From Octopus vulgaris (lineage: Eukaryota): a stretch of DNA of 64,000 nucleotides. Numbering within the stretch: the stretch's first letter is position 1; every line of letters begins with the position of its first letter. Under the pieces are notes generated by a model. It was not told the DNA's origin. It did not search any database and saw nothing but the letters and a program-made list of their open reading frames with translations. A program made the position numbers and the translations under genes. Positions 39,069 to 53,073 of this stretch are shown piece by piece. The DNA lies in contig OX597830.1 in assembly GCA_951406725.2 (NCBI GenBank), positions 16,616,001 through 16,680,000 of the forward strand, written 5' to 3'.

Positions 39069-40711
39069 CAGTATCTCACAGAAGTATATATACCCCTAAA
39101 AATTTCAGTAAAATTGCCATTACTCTGATAATATCAAAGGAAATCAAATGAAATTTATACTGAATAAAATATACATGCAAACATTATACAAATTAGGAAC
39201 ATAAAACAAACAATAAACATTTTCAATGATATGAACAAAATATTAATTTTAAAGCGTTACAAAAATATGTTAAGGAAATTTGCTATATTCAATATTTTAT
39301 CCACTTTTTTACTAAATTCAAATATTGTTGATAATTTCAATTCTAATAAATTATTTCTCCAGGCATTTTTGCACCGGTTATTGTTATTGCATCTGCAGGA
39401 ATTCTGATTTGTGTACCGTGGTGAGAATCTTCTTCATTGTCATTAAAATGGCACCGAAAGAAAAAGAATTGTCTGAAGATTTCAAGAAAATTATTTTTAA
39501 TTTGCACAAGAATAGTTTAGGATACCAGTTAATTAGCAAACGAATACATATTAGCATAAACACAGTTGCCAAAGTAATTCAGAAGTACAAAGCTACTGGA
39601 TGGCTAAGCAATAAACATCATCCAGGTCGTCTTTCTATTTTAACTGCGCGTGATATTCGCCATATCCAACGTTGCGTGATGGACGACAGGCGTCGTACCG
39701 CTTCATCTTTGGCCCACGAAGTGTCTTCTGTTAGTGGAAAGAGTGTACCCGCCCAAACGGTTCGTCGAAGTTAGAACCAGTGTGGTCTTCATGGACGCAT
39801 TCCTCGTAGGAATCCTCTTTTCACTACCAGGCATAAATCAAGTGGTCTTTCTTTTGCCGAAACCCATAAAATTATTTCTTCTGACAAGACTAAAATCAAC
39901 TTGTTTGGGTCAGATGGTATTCTTTTCTACTCCAGGCACAAGGCCCGAAATTTTTGGGGGAGGAGGCCAGTCGATTACATCGACCCCAGTATGCAGCTGG
40001 TACTTAATTTATCGACCCCGAAAGGATGAAAGGCAAAGTCGACCTCGGCGGAATTTGAACTCAGAATGTAAAGATCACTAAGCATTTTGCCCGGTGTGCT
40101 AACGTTTCTGTCAGCTCGCCGCCTTTGTCAGATGCTATTAAATGAATATAGCGACGAATAGGTAAAGATAATAGAGACAAATGCACCGTCCCTACTGTGA
40201 AACACAGCGGCGGAAGTGTTATACTTTGGGGATGCATGGGTGCGGCTGGTTTGGGAGGACTCACATTTATTGAGAGCACAATAGACTCAAGGATTTATTG
40301 TGACATATTGCAGAAAACAATGTTGAAAAGCATCAAGGAACTAGGAAGACATTCCATGTTCCAACATGGCAATGACCCTAAACACACTTCAAAGATGACG
40401 ACTAGGTTTTTATCAGGCAAAAAAGGTAAAGGTATTGCCTTGGCCTACCATGTCACCCAAAATAAACCCAATAGAAAATCTGTGGGGTGTTTTGAAAAGG
40501 AAGGTTGAAGAGAGAAAAAAACCCGCAATGTAACCCAGATGAAAATCATCATTGAGGATGAATGGAGGTTGATTTTATCGGTTATATGCGGAAATTTACT
40601 TGACTCTATGCCCAGAAGACTTAATGCAGTTATTGAAAGCAAGAGTAGTCACACCAAATATTGAATATAGCAAATAATCCTATAGGGTGTACATACTTCT
40701 GTGAGATACTA
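39069..40711 (+). mobile_element. Full-length decayed Tc1 (DD34E) transposon with a nested SINE
   Basis: TIRs CAGTATCTCACAGAAGTAT.TA.A..CCC at both ends. Transposase MAPKEKELSEDFKK...TVKHSGGSVILWGC...FQHGNDPKHTS...NPIENLW...SMPRRL...HTKY*. SINE 39922-40126 with TSD GTCAGATG(G/C)TATT. Confidence 0.92.
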
Positions 40712-40791
40712 TATTTATGTATGTGTATGTGTGTGTGTATATATACATACATACATACATACATACATACATACACACACACATACATACA

Positions 40792-40864
<73 letters not shown>

Positions 40865-41002
40865 CAGAGATGTACTTGCATAGTGAGTGACTTGATCTGA
40901 GAGCGTGTGCTGAACCGAAAACAATTGCAGCATGGAATGTGTTTATAAGCCATTTAAGAAACACACAAAAACCGTTAGATTCACTTCAACATTTAAGTTT
41001 AA

Positions 41003-41053
41003 TTTGTCAAAATATTTTCGTCGCTTTGAGACTGCGACCTGTTCACTGACAAA
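41003..41053 (-). ncRNA. Hammerhead-shaped motif with a swapped G3-C8 core
   Basis: TTTGTCA-GTGAACA-G-GTCGC-agtctcaaa-GCGAC-GAAA-ATAT-TT-TGACAAA: perfect 7-bp helix I, 5-bp helix II, palindromic helix III. Confidence 0.7.
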
Positions 41054-41345
41054 ACTTTGTGCTGCATATGTTGTATATACATATATATATATATATGTGT
41101 AAAATACAGGGGTCGAGGTATAGAAAGAAAGGTAGCTTCGAGCAATCCATAGTAAATATTTAAAAAAATCAACAACTTTCAGGAAGAACAGTGGTTTATT
41201 GAGACGGAAGGTTGTGGATTATTTTTCTTTATCGAAGAATGATGAACAGAAAAAAGTTCTTTTTATATTCCACGGTAGGCAACCAGGGTTGCCGAGTGTG
41301 CGCAAAAAGGCTACAAGAGTTACAGAATGCGGTAGGAAAAATCCA

Positions 41346-41428
41346 GGCTACACATGTTTCAGAGTGAGTGGAACCTCAGAAGTTGTAAAATCCAAATGAA
41401 GTGTACACCGCCAGCAACTCTTCAGGCC
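41346..41428 (-). ncRNA. Minimal hammerhead motif in an element with an inverted partial copy (41313-41380 / 41520-41588)
   Basis: GGC-CTGAAGA-GTTGC...-GAAA-CATGTG-TA-GCC. The inverted copy shows GCTAT-GAAA-CATATG-TA-GCC (palindromic helix III). Confidence 0.6.
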
Positions 41429-41585
41429 AAGGATATCTTGATTAGATTAAAGGTTACATTGTTGCAAGGAGGTACATGTTGACACATAGAAGATTCCACT
41501 GACACATTCTGATTGAATCTTCTGAGGTTCCACTCGCTATGAAACATATGTAGCCCGAACTTTTCCTACTGCATTCCATAACTCT

Positions 41586-41647
<62 letters not shown>

Positions 41648-41652
41648 AAGAG

Positions 41653-41746
<94 letters not shown>

Positions 41747-41978
41747 TTGATATAGATATATATATATTGGTATGCATGTATATACGCATCTTTACACAGA
41801 ATGATAGAATTATTTTTTCAAGTCCAACAATGACATCATTTGCATGTTAAACAACAGTCAAGGGAAATATATAATTTTTAATGCTTGGAATAATTTTAGA
41901 ATACTGTATTGTGGTGGAGGACCATCGGTTGGAGACAGCCCAAAGAAACTTTCAACCCTAATTGTTCGGCCCTTATCG

Positions 41979-42194
41979 GGCTAAATTACGGTATGAGTAC
42001 CATAGTTGTCAAACTATGATGCACATGTTTTTGTTTATGGTTGTGAAGAAGATCGTCACTTTCTGTAAATTTAAAAATAATTTTTTTTATATATGTGGGG
42101 TGGAAGGAAGGGTATCTTTTCAAGTTGGCGCAAAAGCGAAAGAGACAGAGAGAGCGTGACTGGATCGGGGAAGTTCTTTTGAAGTTGGCGTGCC

Positions 42195-42241
<47 letters not shown>

Positions 42242-42520
42242 TGTGTGTATACGCGCGTGTGTGTGTGTGTGTAAGTGAAGCCATACATACATACATACAT
42301 ACATACATACATACATACATACATACATACCCTCTCTCTCCTTTTCTCTGTCAGTCACTCTCACATTCACTCACTACAAAACGTGAATAAAAAATTTCAG
42401 TTAACTCTCTCTCTCTCTCTCTCTCGGCCATACATCTATACATACATACATACATACATACATACATACATACATACATAATAACCTGCGTGCGTGCGTG
42501 TATATCACTGAAGCCATTCA

Positions 42521-42552
<32 letters not shown>

Positions 42553-43541
42553 CATACATACATACATACATACATACATACATACATACATACATACATA
42601 CATACATACATACATACATACATACATACATACATACATACATACATACATACATACATACATACATACATACATACATACATACATACATACATACATA
42701 CATACATACATACATACATACATACATACATACATACATACATACATACATACATACATACATACATACATACATACATACATACATACATACATACATA
42801 CATACATACATACATACATACATACATACATACATACATACATACATACATACATACATACATACATACATACATACATACATACATACATACATACATA
42901 CATAATAACCTGCGTGCGTGCGTGTATATCACTGAAGCCATTCATACATACATACATACATGCATACATACACATATACATACATACATACATACATACA
43001 TACATACATACATACATACATACATACATACATACATGCATGCATGCATACATACATACATACATACATACATACATACATACATACATACATACATACA
43101 TGCATGCATACATACATACATACATACATACATACATACATACATACATACATACATACATACATACATACATACATACATACATACATACATACATACA
43201 TACATACATACATACATACATACATACATACATACATACATACATACATACATACATTCATACATACATACATTCATACATACATACATACATACATACA
43301 TACATACATACATACATACATACATACATACATACATACATACATACATACATACATACATACGATACATACATACATACATACATACATACATACATAC
43401 ATACATACATACATACGTGCATACATACATACATACATACATACATACATACATGCATACATACATACATACATACATACATACATACATACATACATAC
43501 ATACATACATACATACATACATACATACATACATACATACA

Positions 43542-43575
<34 letters not shown>

Positions 43576-43810
43576 CATACATACATACATACATACATAC
43601 ATACATACATACATACATACATGCATGCATACATACATACATACATACATACATACATACATACATACATACATACATACATACATGCATGCATACATAC
43701 ATACATACATACATACATGCATGCATACATACATACATACATACATACATACATACATACATACATACATACATACATACATACATACATACATACATAC
43801 ATACATACAT

Positions 43811-43843
<33 letters not shown>

Positions 43844-44912
43844 TACATACATACATACATACATACATACATACATACATACATACATACATACATACAT
43901 ACATGCATGCATGCATACATACATACATACATACATACATACATACATGCATGCATACATACATACATACATACATACATACATGCATGCATGCATGCAT
44001 GCATGCATACATACATACATACATACATACATACATACATACATACATACATACATACATACATACATACATACATACATACATACATACATGCATGCAT
44101 GCATGCATACATACATATATACATACATACATACATACATACATACATACATGCATGCATGCATACATACATACATACATACATACATACATACATGCAT
44201 GCATGCATACATACATACATACATACATACATACATACATGCATGCATACATACATACATACATACATGCATGCATACATACATACATACATACATACAT
44301 ACATGCATGCATACATACATACATACATACATACATACATACATACATACATACATACATACATACATACATACATACATACATACATACATACATACAT
44401 ACATACATACATACATACATACATACATACATACATACATGCATGCATACATACATACATACATACATACATACATACATGCATGCATGCATGCATGCAT
44501 ACATACATACATACATACATACATACATACATACATACATACATACATACATACATACATACATACATACATACATACATACATACATGCATGCATGCAT
44601 GCATACATGCATACATACATATATACATACATACATGCATGCATGCATGCATGCATGCATGCATACATACATACATACATACATACATACATGCATGCAT
44701 GCATGCATACATACATACATACATACATACATACATACATACATACATACATACATACATACATACATACATACATACATACATACATACATACATACAT
44801 ACATACATACATACATACATGCATACACACATACACACATACATACATACATACATACATACATACATACATACATACATACATACATACATACATACAT
44901 ACATACATACAT

Positions 44913-44963
<51 letters not shown>

Positions 44964-45333
44964 TACATACATACATACATACATGCATACATACATACAT
45001 ACATACATACATACATACATACACACATACATACATACATACATACATACATACATACATACATACATACATACATACATACACACATACATACATACAT
45101 ACATACATACATACATACACACATACATACATACATACATACATACACACATACACACACACACACACACACACATACATACATACATGCATACACACAT
45201 ACATACATACATACATACATACATAACAACCTGCGTGCGTGCGTGCGTGTATATCACTGAAGCCATTCATACATACATACATAATCTCTCTGTCTCACAT
45301 TCACTCACTACAAAAAGTGAATAAAAAATTTCA

Positions 45334-45383
<50 letters not shown>

Positions 45384-45622
45384 ACACACACACGTACGCA
45401 CATCAATTCTTCCGATTCACGCCAACTTCAAAAGAACTTCCTTCACAAATCGCGCTCTCCCTGTCTCTTTCGCTTTCACTTCAAAGGACCCCCTTTCCCC
45501 ATAACCCCATATGTAAAAAAAAAAAAAAAAAAATTACGGAAACCGACGATCATCTTCACAAATGTAAATAAACACACGTGGTTTCTAAATGACAGTCGTG
45601 TGACTAGTATCGTAAGATCGCC
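41979..45622. mobile_element. Foldback DNA element (GG termini, ~200-bp imperfect arms, 9-bp TSD) filled with ~3 kb of (CATA)n/(CATG)n, inserted in a Tc1 transposase relic
   Basis: TSD CCCTTATCG/CCCTTACCG. Arms GAAGTTCTTTTGAAGTTGGCGTG / CACGCCAACTTCAAAAGAACTTC. The rejoined flanks read WRQPKETFNPNCSALTVTHGG. Confidence 0.8.
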
Positions 45623-45930
45623 CCCTTACCGTGACGCACGGAGGTGACTGATAATTTGGGCATACCACGGAATTCCTTTGACCCTTTAGTTGTTCTACGT
45701 GGCAGAGATAAGACAAAAGATTATCTGAATATTTTAGCTGGTCATGTCTTCTTTTAGTACAAACATTGCTTCTTGGTAATAACGCAATCTTCCAGAACGA
45801 TAATGCACCGATTAACACTTCTGATGTTATTCTAAATTAATACGAAGTGCCCAAAGGTGATATAGACTACTAAAGTTGCCCCCACAATTGCCATGTCTTA
45901 ATACAATCGAATATTTATGATGCATTTTGG
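45623..45930 (+). mobile_element. Tc1 transposase relic (continuation of 41925-41978)
   Basis: TVTHGG...DYLNIL...IFQNDNAPINTS. Confidence 0.7.
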
Positions 45931-46530
45931 TTTAATGACTTTATATGACCTAATCTCTCTATATATAAACGGCAAAATGTCTGTCTGTGTGTGTGTGTAT
46001 CCTTTATACAAATCCACAGTTTTTCAGTTAGAGGGTTTGCACTTTCTATGGTCATTCAAAACCGTCCAAGGGTGGTCGTGCACATCTTTACATTTCCTCA
46101 GTCACCCCACGAAGCCATTAAAATATCAATAGAAGCGACTTTTTTGTGAATTTTCTATCCAAAACCTAATCAAAATGCCTGAAACTTGATACGCCAATTG
46201 AATGCCAGCTTGCTGTATGTGATTGGTCGGAGATTTGGACAGTACTCGCGTGTATATGCGCACGCACGCAGCTGTATATGTATGCACTAGCACTATGACC
46301 CTTTCGAGGTCGATAAAATAAACACCAGTTGAGAATTGGAGTCGATGTAATCGACTGACCCCTTCCCCTGAACTTGCTGGTCAAAATTTGAAATCTATAT
46401 TTCATAATTATATACTTTCCCCAAAGAAATATCCAGTCTAGGGTATCAAAACAGCGCAATACTGTAATAGTCTTCGCACAGTTTGCTTGGCTAGGCTGAG
46501 TAAAGGTGCAGTATGTTTGCACTGAAAAAA

Positions 46531-49500
46531 ATGACCGAAACAAAAGAATTCACAACGAAGGCGGTGCTCCAGCATGGCCGCAGTCAAATGACCGAAACAA
46601 AAAAATTCACAACGAAGGCGGTGCCCCAGCATGGCCGCAGTCAAATGACTGAAACAAAAAAAATCACAATGAAGGCGGTGCTCCAGCATGGCCGCAGTCA
46701 AATGACTGAAACAAAAATATTCACAATGAAGGCGGTGCTCCAGCATAGCCGCGGTCAAATGACTGAAACAAATAAAAGAATTCACAATGAAGGCGGTGCT
46801 CCAGCATGGCCGCAGTCAAATGACTGAAACAAATAAAAGAATTCACAATGAAGGCGATGCTCCAGCATGGCCGCAGCCAAATGACTGAAACAAAAGAATT
46901 CACAATGAAGGCGGTGCTCCAGCATGGCCGCAGTCAAATGACTGAAACAAATAAAAGAATTCACAATGAAGGCGGTGCTCCAGCATGGCCGCGGTCAAAT
47001 GACTGAAACAAATAAAAGAATTCACAATGAAGGCGGTGCTCCAGCATGGCCGCAGTCAAATGACTGAAACAAATAAAAGAATTCACAATGAAGGCGGTGC
47101 TCCAGCATGGCCGCAGTCAAATGACTGAAACAAATAAAAGAATTCACAATGAAGGCGGTGCTCCAGCATGGCCGCAGTCAAATGACTGAAACAAATAAAA
47201 GAATTCACAATGAAGGCGATGCTCCAGCATGGCCGCAGTCAAATGACTGAAACAAATAAAAGAATTCACATTGAAGGGGGTGCTCCAGCATGGCCGCAGC
47301 CAAATGACTGAAACAAATAAAAGAATTCACAATGAAGGCGGTGCTCCAGCATGGCCGCAGTCAAATGACTGAAACAAATAAAAGAATTCACAATGAAGGC
47401 GGTGCTCCAGCATGGCCGCAGTTAATTGACTGAAACAAATAAAAGAATTCATAATGAAGGCGGTGCTGCAGCATGGCCGCAGCCAAATGACTGAAACAAA
47501 TAAAAGAATTCACAATGAAGGCGGTGCTCCAGCATGGCCGCAGTCAAATGACTGAAACAAATAAAAGAATTCACAATGAAGGCGGTGCTCCAGCATGGCC
47601 GCAGTCAAATGACTGAAACAAATAAAAGAATTCACAATGAAGGCGATGCTCCAGCATGGCCGCAGTCAAATGACTGAAACAAATAAAAGAATTCACAATG
47701 AAGGCGGTGCTCCAGCTGGCCGCAGTCAAATGACTGAAACAAATAAAAGAATTCACAATGAAGGCGGTGCTCCAGCATGGCCGCAGTCAAATGACTGAAA
47801 CAAATAAAAGAATTCACAATGAAGGCGGTGCTCCAGCATGGCCGCAGTCAAATGACTGAAACAAATAAAAGAATTCACAATCAAGACGGTGCTCCAGCAT
47901 GGCCGCGGTCAAATGACTGAAACAAATAAAAGAATTCACAATGAAGGCGGTGCTCCAGCATGGCCGCAGTCAAATGACTGAAACAAATAAAAGAATTCAC
48001 AATGAAGGCGGTGCTCCAGCATGGCCGCAGCCAAATGACTGAAACAAATAAAAGAATTCACAATGAAGGCGGTGCTCCAGCATGGCCGCAGTCAAATGAC
48101 TGAAACAAATAAAAGAATTCACAATGAAGGCGGTGCTCCAGCATGGCCGCAGTTAATTGACTGAAACAAATAAAAGAATTCACGATGAAGGCGGTGCTCC
48201 AGCATGGCCGCGGTCAAATGACTGAAACAAATAAAAGAATTCACAATGAAGGCGGTGCTCCAGCATGGCCGCAGCCAAATGACTGAAACAAATAAAAGAA
48301 TTCACAATGAAGGCGGTGCTCCAGCATGGCCGCAGTCAAATGACTGAAACAAATAAAAGAATTCACAATGAAGGCGGTGCTCCAGCATGGCCGCAGTCAA
48401 ATGACTGAAACAAATAAAAGAATTCACAATGAAGGCGGTGCTCCAGCATGGCCGCAGTCAAATGACTGAAACAAATAAAAGAATTCACAATGAAGGCGGT
48501 GCTCCAGCATGGCCGCAGTCAAATGACTGAAACAAATAAAAGAATTCACAATGAAGGCGGTGCTCCAGCATGGCCGCAGTCAAATGACTGAAACAAATAA
48601 AAGAATTCACAATGAAGGCGGTGCTCCAGCATGGCCGCGGTCAAATGACTGAAACAAATAAAAGAATTCACAATGAAGGCGGTGCTCCAGCATGGCCGCA
48701 GTCAAATGACTGAAACAAATAAAAGAATTCACAATGAAGGCGGTGCTCCAGCATGGCCGCAGTCAAATGACTGAAACAAATAAAAGAATTTACAATGAAG
48801 GCGGTGCTCCAGCATGGCCGCATCAATTGACTGAAACAAATAAAAGAATTCACAATGAAGGCGGTGCTCCAGCATGGCCGCAGTCAAATGACTGAAACAA
48901 ATAAAAGAATTCACAATGAAGGCGGTGCTCCAGCATGGCCGCAGTCAAATGACTGAAACAAATAAAAGAATTCACAATGAAGGCGGTGCTCCAGCATGGC
49001 CGCGGTCAAATGACTGAAACAAATAAAAGAATTCACAATGAAGGCGGTGCTCCAGCATGGCCGCAGTCAAATGACTGAAACAAATAAAAGAATTCACAAT
49101 GAAGGCGGTGCTCCAGCATGGCCGCAGTCAAATGACTGAAACAAATAAAAGAATTCACAATGAAGGCGGTGCTCCAGCATGGCCGCAGTCAAATGACTGA
49201 AACAAATAAAAGAATTCACAATGAAGGCGGTGCTCCAGCATGGACGCGGTCAAATGACTGAAACAAATAAAAGAATTCACAATGAAGGCGGTGCTCCAGC
49301 ATGGCCGCAGTCAAATGACTGAAACAAATAAAAGAATTCACAATGAAGGCGGTGCTCCAGCATGGCCGCAGTCAAATGACTGAAACAAATAAAAGAATTC
49401 ACAATGAAGGCGGTGCTCCAGCATGGCCGCAGTCAAATGACTGAAACAAATAAAAGAATTCACAATGAAGGCGGTGCTCCAGCATGGCCGCAGTCAAATG

Positions 49501-50310
49501 ACTGAAACAAATAAAAGAATTCACAATGAAGGCGGTGCTCCAGCATGGCCGCAGTCAAATGACTGAAACAAATAAAAGAATTCACAATGAAGGCGGTGCT
49601 CCAGCATGGACGCGGTCAAATGACTGAAACAAATAAAAGAATTCACAATGAAGGCGGTGCTCCAGCATGGCCGCAGTCAAATGACTGAAACAAATAAAAG
49701 AATTCACAATGAAGGCGGTGCTCCAGCATGGCCGCAGTCAAATGATTGAAACAAATAAAAGAATTCACAATGAAGGCGGTGCTCCAGCATGGCCGCAGTC
49801 AAATGACTGAAACAAATAAAAGAATTTACAATGAAGGCGGTGCTCCAGCATGGCCGCAGTCAAATGACTGAAACAAATAAAAGAATTCACAATGAAGGCG
49901 GTGCTCCAGCATGGCCGCAGTCAAATGACTGAAACAAATAAAAGAATTTACAATGAAGGCGGTGCTCCAGCATGGCCGCATCAATTGACTGAAACAAATA
50001 AAAGAATTCACAATGAAGGCGGTGCTCCAGCATGGCCGCAGTCAAATGACTGAAACAAATAAAAGAATTCACAATGAAGGCGGTGCTCCAGCATGGCCGC
50101 AGCCAAATGACTGAAACAAAAGAATTCACAATGAAGGCGGTGCTCCAGCATGGCCGCAGTGAATTGCCTGAAACAAATAAAAGAATTCACAATGAAGGCG
50201 GTGCTCCAGCATGGCCGCAGTCAATTGACTGAAACAAATAAAAGAATTCACAATGAAGGCGGTGCTCCAGCATGGCCTCAGTCAAATGACTGAAACAAAT
50301 AAAAGAATAA
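46531..50310 (+). repeat. 61-bp satellite (~62 units) derived from the type-B SINE 3' tail
   Basis: Unit GAATTCACAATGAAGGCGGTGCTCCAGCATGGCCGCAGTCAAATGACTGAAACAAATAAAA; matches SINE tails at ~9767-9812 and 29600-29640. Confidence 0.95.
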
Positions 50311-50871
50311 AAATCGCATGACCATTAAGAAAAAAAAAGTAAAAATTTTGGATCCCATGCCCACCACAATTTTCCCAAGCCCCACCAGTGGGCGTATCCC
50401 TTACATTGGGAATCACTGCTCTTGCAGTAACGAGTTTCACCTTCCTTTCATTTGTGATCATCCCGTTTTTATGTGTACCTTATCTCATTTCTTTTAAATG
50501 TGGTAGAGTGTGAGATTTGGCTGCTATTTCTAGTTGCTCAAGTGATCACATAGAAGTTCCTTCCTTGGCTCTTAAAATATGTTGATATTTCACGTTGACG
50601 TAAGATACAAATTTCGTGTTTGGCAGCTATTTATTTGTCTGTGTGTATACGTGTGGTATTTATATTTTTAGAATTCAAGGGTTTGAATGGGAAGCGCAGT
50701 AGTTGCTCCCGTATGGATCTGAATTCGTGACTTAGATGGACAAAACTGTAAACAGGCTGCAAAATGTTTACTTCGGTACTCAATTCTCTCTTGTTACGCA
50801 CCACTTTTAAACTCTAAACAATTCCACACATGCAAACAAATCTGATTGAAACACAACGGGATAGAATATTA

Positions 50872-51289
50872 GGATTTTTTCGGTTTGAACGGCAGTTTTT
50901 TAACATAATTTCCACGCAACTAAACACTTTTAAACTTCGTATACTGGTAGAATGTGTTTATAAAACATCTTTTTCTCTTAGCTCTATTGAGAAAATTCTA
51001 TAGTTTGTAAGATATTTGTTGTTTTTTCTTCTTCAATTTCTGCAATTTCAACCAATCAATGACCGTCTATTGAGGCGAAAACATTCTGTGCCGTATGAAT
51101 ATGTCCCTCGTTTAAGAAACAGATTGGGTTTATTTACATTTGTGAAGAAAAAAAAGATACCCTTCCCCCACCCCTACCCCTACCCTAAAACAGATTGAAA
51201 TGCAATAGATCGATACTAGGGTCATAATTATGGGTGACAATTTCATATGACACCGCTAGTAAAAACTGCCGTTCAAACCGAAAAGATCC
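50872..51289 (+). mobile_element. Merlin-like MITE copy 3 (TSDs do not match)
   Basis: Same TIRs; flanks GAATATTA vs GAAACATG. Confidence 0.88.
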
Positions 51290-51385
51290 GAAACATGTTT
51301 AAGCTTCTGTAGTTCGGACGATCCGAGTGCGAGTGAGATTATATCTTTGCAGCAAGGAAGAACCAACTACTCTCCAATGTTGTGA

Positions 51386-51418
<33 letters not shown>

Positions 51419-51725
51419 AGCAACAATTTTCCTTGAAACCTCGTAGAACACTTTCAGACGAGCCGCAACGTCTTGCATACACATTCCTGTGTCATCAAGT
51501 CTGGATTTGACCAATCTGTCAGCTTGGCTTCTGAAAAATTCCTCGTCTTTGTTGACTGCACTCGGATGTTTCGTTTCCAAATGTCTCTTTAGCCTGCTGG
51601 GCTTCAGCGAAGAAGCTGCCAATACCTCAGAGCACAGAACACACTGTGGTTTTTCTCCTCCACCAAAAGTAAGCACAGTGAAACCGAAGCTCAAATATGA
51701 CTCGTCATATCTCCTTTTCTTTGTA
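51290..51725 (-). mobile_element. hAT/Buster (ZBED5/ZBED8-like) transposase N-terminal relic with BED finger; probable terminus at ~55340-55388
   Basis: KRRYDESYLSFGFT...EKPQCVLCSEVLAASSLKPSRLKRHLETKHP...; poly-T expansion frameshift. Minus-strand CCTTGGTTCCCAAACT at 55388 resembles a Charlie/Buster TIR. Confidence 0.8.
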
Positions 51726-51835
51726 AAATACAGTCTACAAATAAATATAGCAATACATAAATGTTTTGTTGTAAATGCACAGAATTTTGTACTATTTCAC
51801 TCTGTTGAGAAGACTTAGCTACTTTTATCAGTATG

Positions 51836-51883
<48 letters not shown>

Positions 51884-51909
51884 ATATATATATAATTTAT
51901 ATATATATA

Positions 51910-51947
<38 letters not shown>

Positions 51948-51948
51948 T

Positions 51949-52002
<54 letters not shown>

Positions 52003-52193
52003 TAATACTAAGCAATAAAGGGTTTAGCAACGAATTGCCTTACCACATACCGAATTTAGAAATAGCAGTCAAAGAGTTATAGCTATTTCTTCTACTAAAA
52101 AGGAGATCTCAGTAAAAAACACAGTAATTGGAAGGCAGACACAAACAGGTAAGAGAGAATGAATTGACGGCAATCTATCACAATATTAAGTTA

Positions 52194-52292
52194 TCTACGG
52201 ACGCACGTTTCGAAATCAAGTTTTTAGGAAAGCATGAGAATTAAATATTAAATAATTCTACGTTACCCAAACTTCTTTCTCTTCAGCGTAGA
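52194..52292 (-). ncRNA. Type-I hammerhead ribozyme motif, copy 1
   Basis: TCTACG-CTGAAGA-GAAA...TTTC-GAAA-CGTGCG-TC-CGTAGA: perfect 6-bp helix I, intact core, GUC triplet. Confidence 0.85.
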
Positions 52293-52788
52293 ATACTATA
52301 ATCATAAGTGATTATATATTGAATTTTGAGATACTAGAAGGCACCAACTCAACTCAGTATCAGAGCGAGCTAGAATCCGCAACTAGTATCACCAAACTCA
52401 ACGTGTGAATGAAAGGATTGTGTCACCAGCCCCTTCCCACCCGCGTGTAGCCAAAACAAGATGCTATGGTCATCTACTGAGATAAAATATGGTTATCCGT
52501 AATAATGAAGGGTGAAATTAATTAATTTGGAATAATTATCAATTACACCAAGTAGTCTTCGGCATGTAAAAGCCTCATTCGAGGAAAATTTAAGTAATAC
52601 TAAGCAATAAAGGGTTTAGCAACGAATTGCCTTACCACATACCGAATTTAGAAATAGCAGTCAAAGAGTTATAGCTATTTCTTCTACTAAAAAGGGAGAT
52701 CTCAGTAAAAAACACAGTAATTGGAAGGCAGACACAAACAGGTAAGAGAGAATGAATTGACGGCAATCTATCATACAATTTTAAGTTA

Positions 52789-52888
52789 TCTACGGACGCA
52801 CGTTTCGAAATCAAGTTTTTAGGAAAGCATGAGAATTAAATATTAAATAATTCTACGTTACCCAAACTTCTTTTCTCTTCAGCGTAGA
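52789..52888 (-). ncRNA. Type-I hammerhead ribozyme motif, copy 2
   Basis: Same architecture as copy 1, 595 nt away. Confidence 0.85.
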
Positions 52889-53073
52889 GTACTATAATCA
52901 TAAGTGATTATATATTGAATTTTGAGATACTAGAAGGCACCAACTCAACTCAGTATCAGAGCGAGCTAGAATCCGCAATGATAGATTGCCGTCAATTCAT
53001 TCTCTCTTACCTGTTTGTGTCTGCCTTCCAATTACTGTGTTTTTTACTGAGATCTCCCTTTTAGTAGAAGAAA

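Noticed and set aside
42351-45324. ORFs of 650-944 aa (HTYI/MYVC repeats)
   Set aside because: Translation of a stop-free (CATA)n microsatellite.
45955-46290. Possible third non-autonomous Helitron family
   Set aside because: The 5' end looks right, but there is no convincing hairpin plus CTAG|T 3' end.
46531-50310. CRISPR-like or hammerhead-containing array
   Set aside because: No unique spacers and no cas genes in eukaryotic DNA. The hairpin is followed by GAAAC, but there is no CUGANGA core.
51299-51694. Domesticated ZBED gene
   Set aside because: Frameshift, stop codon and truncation by a MITE.
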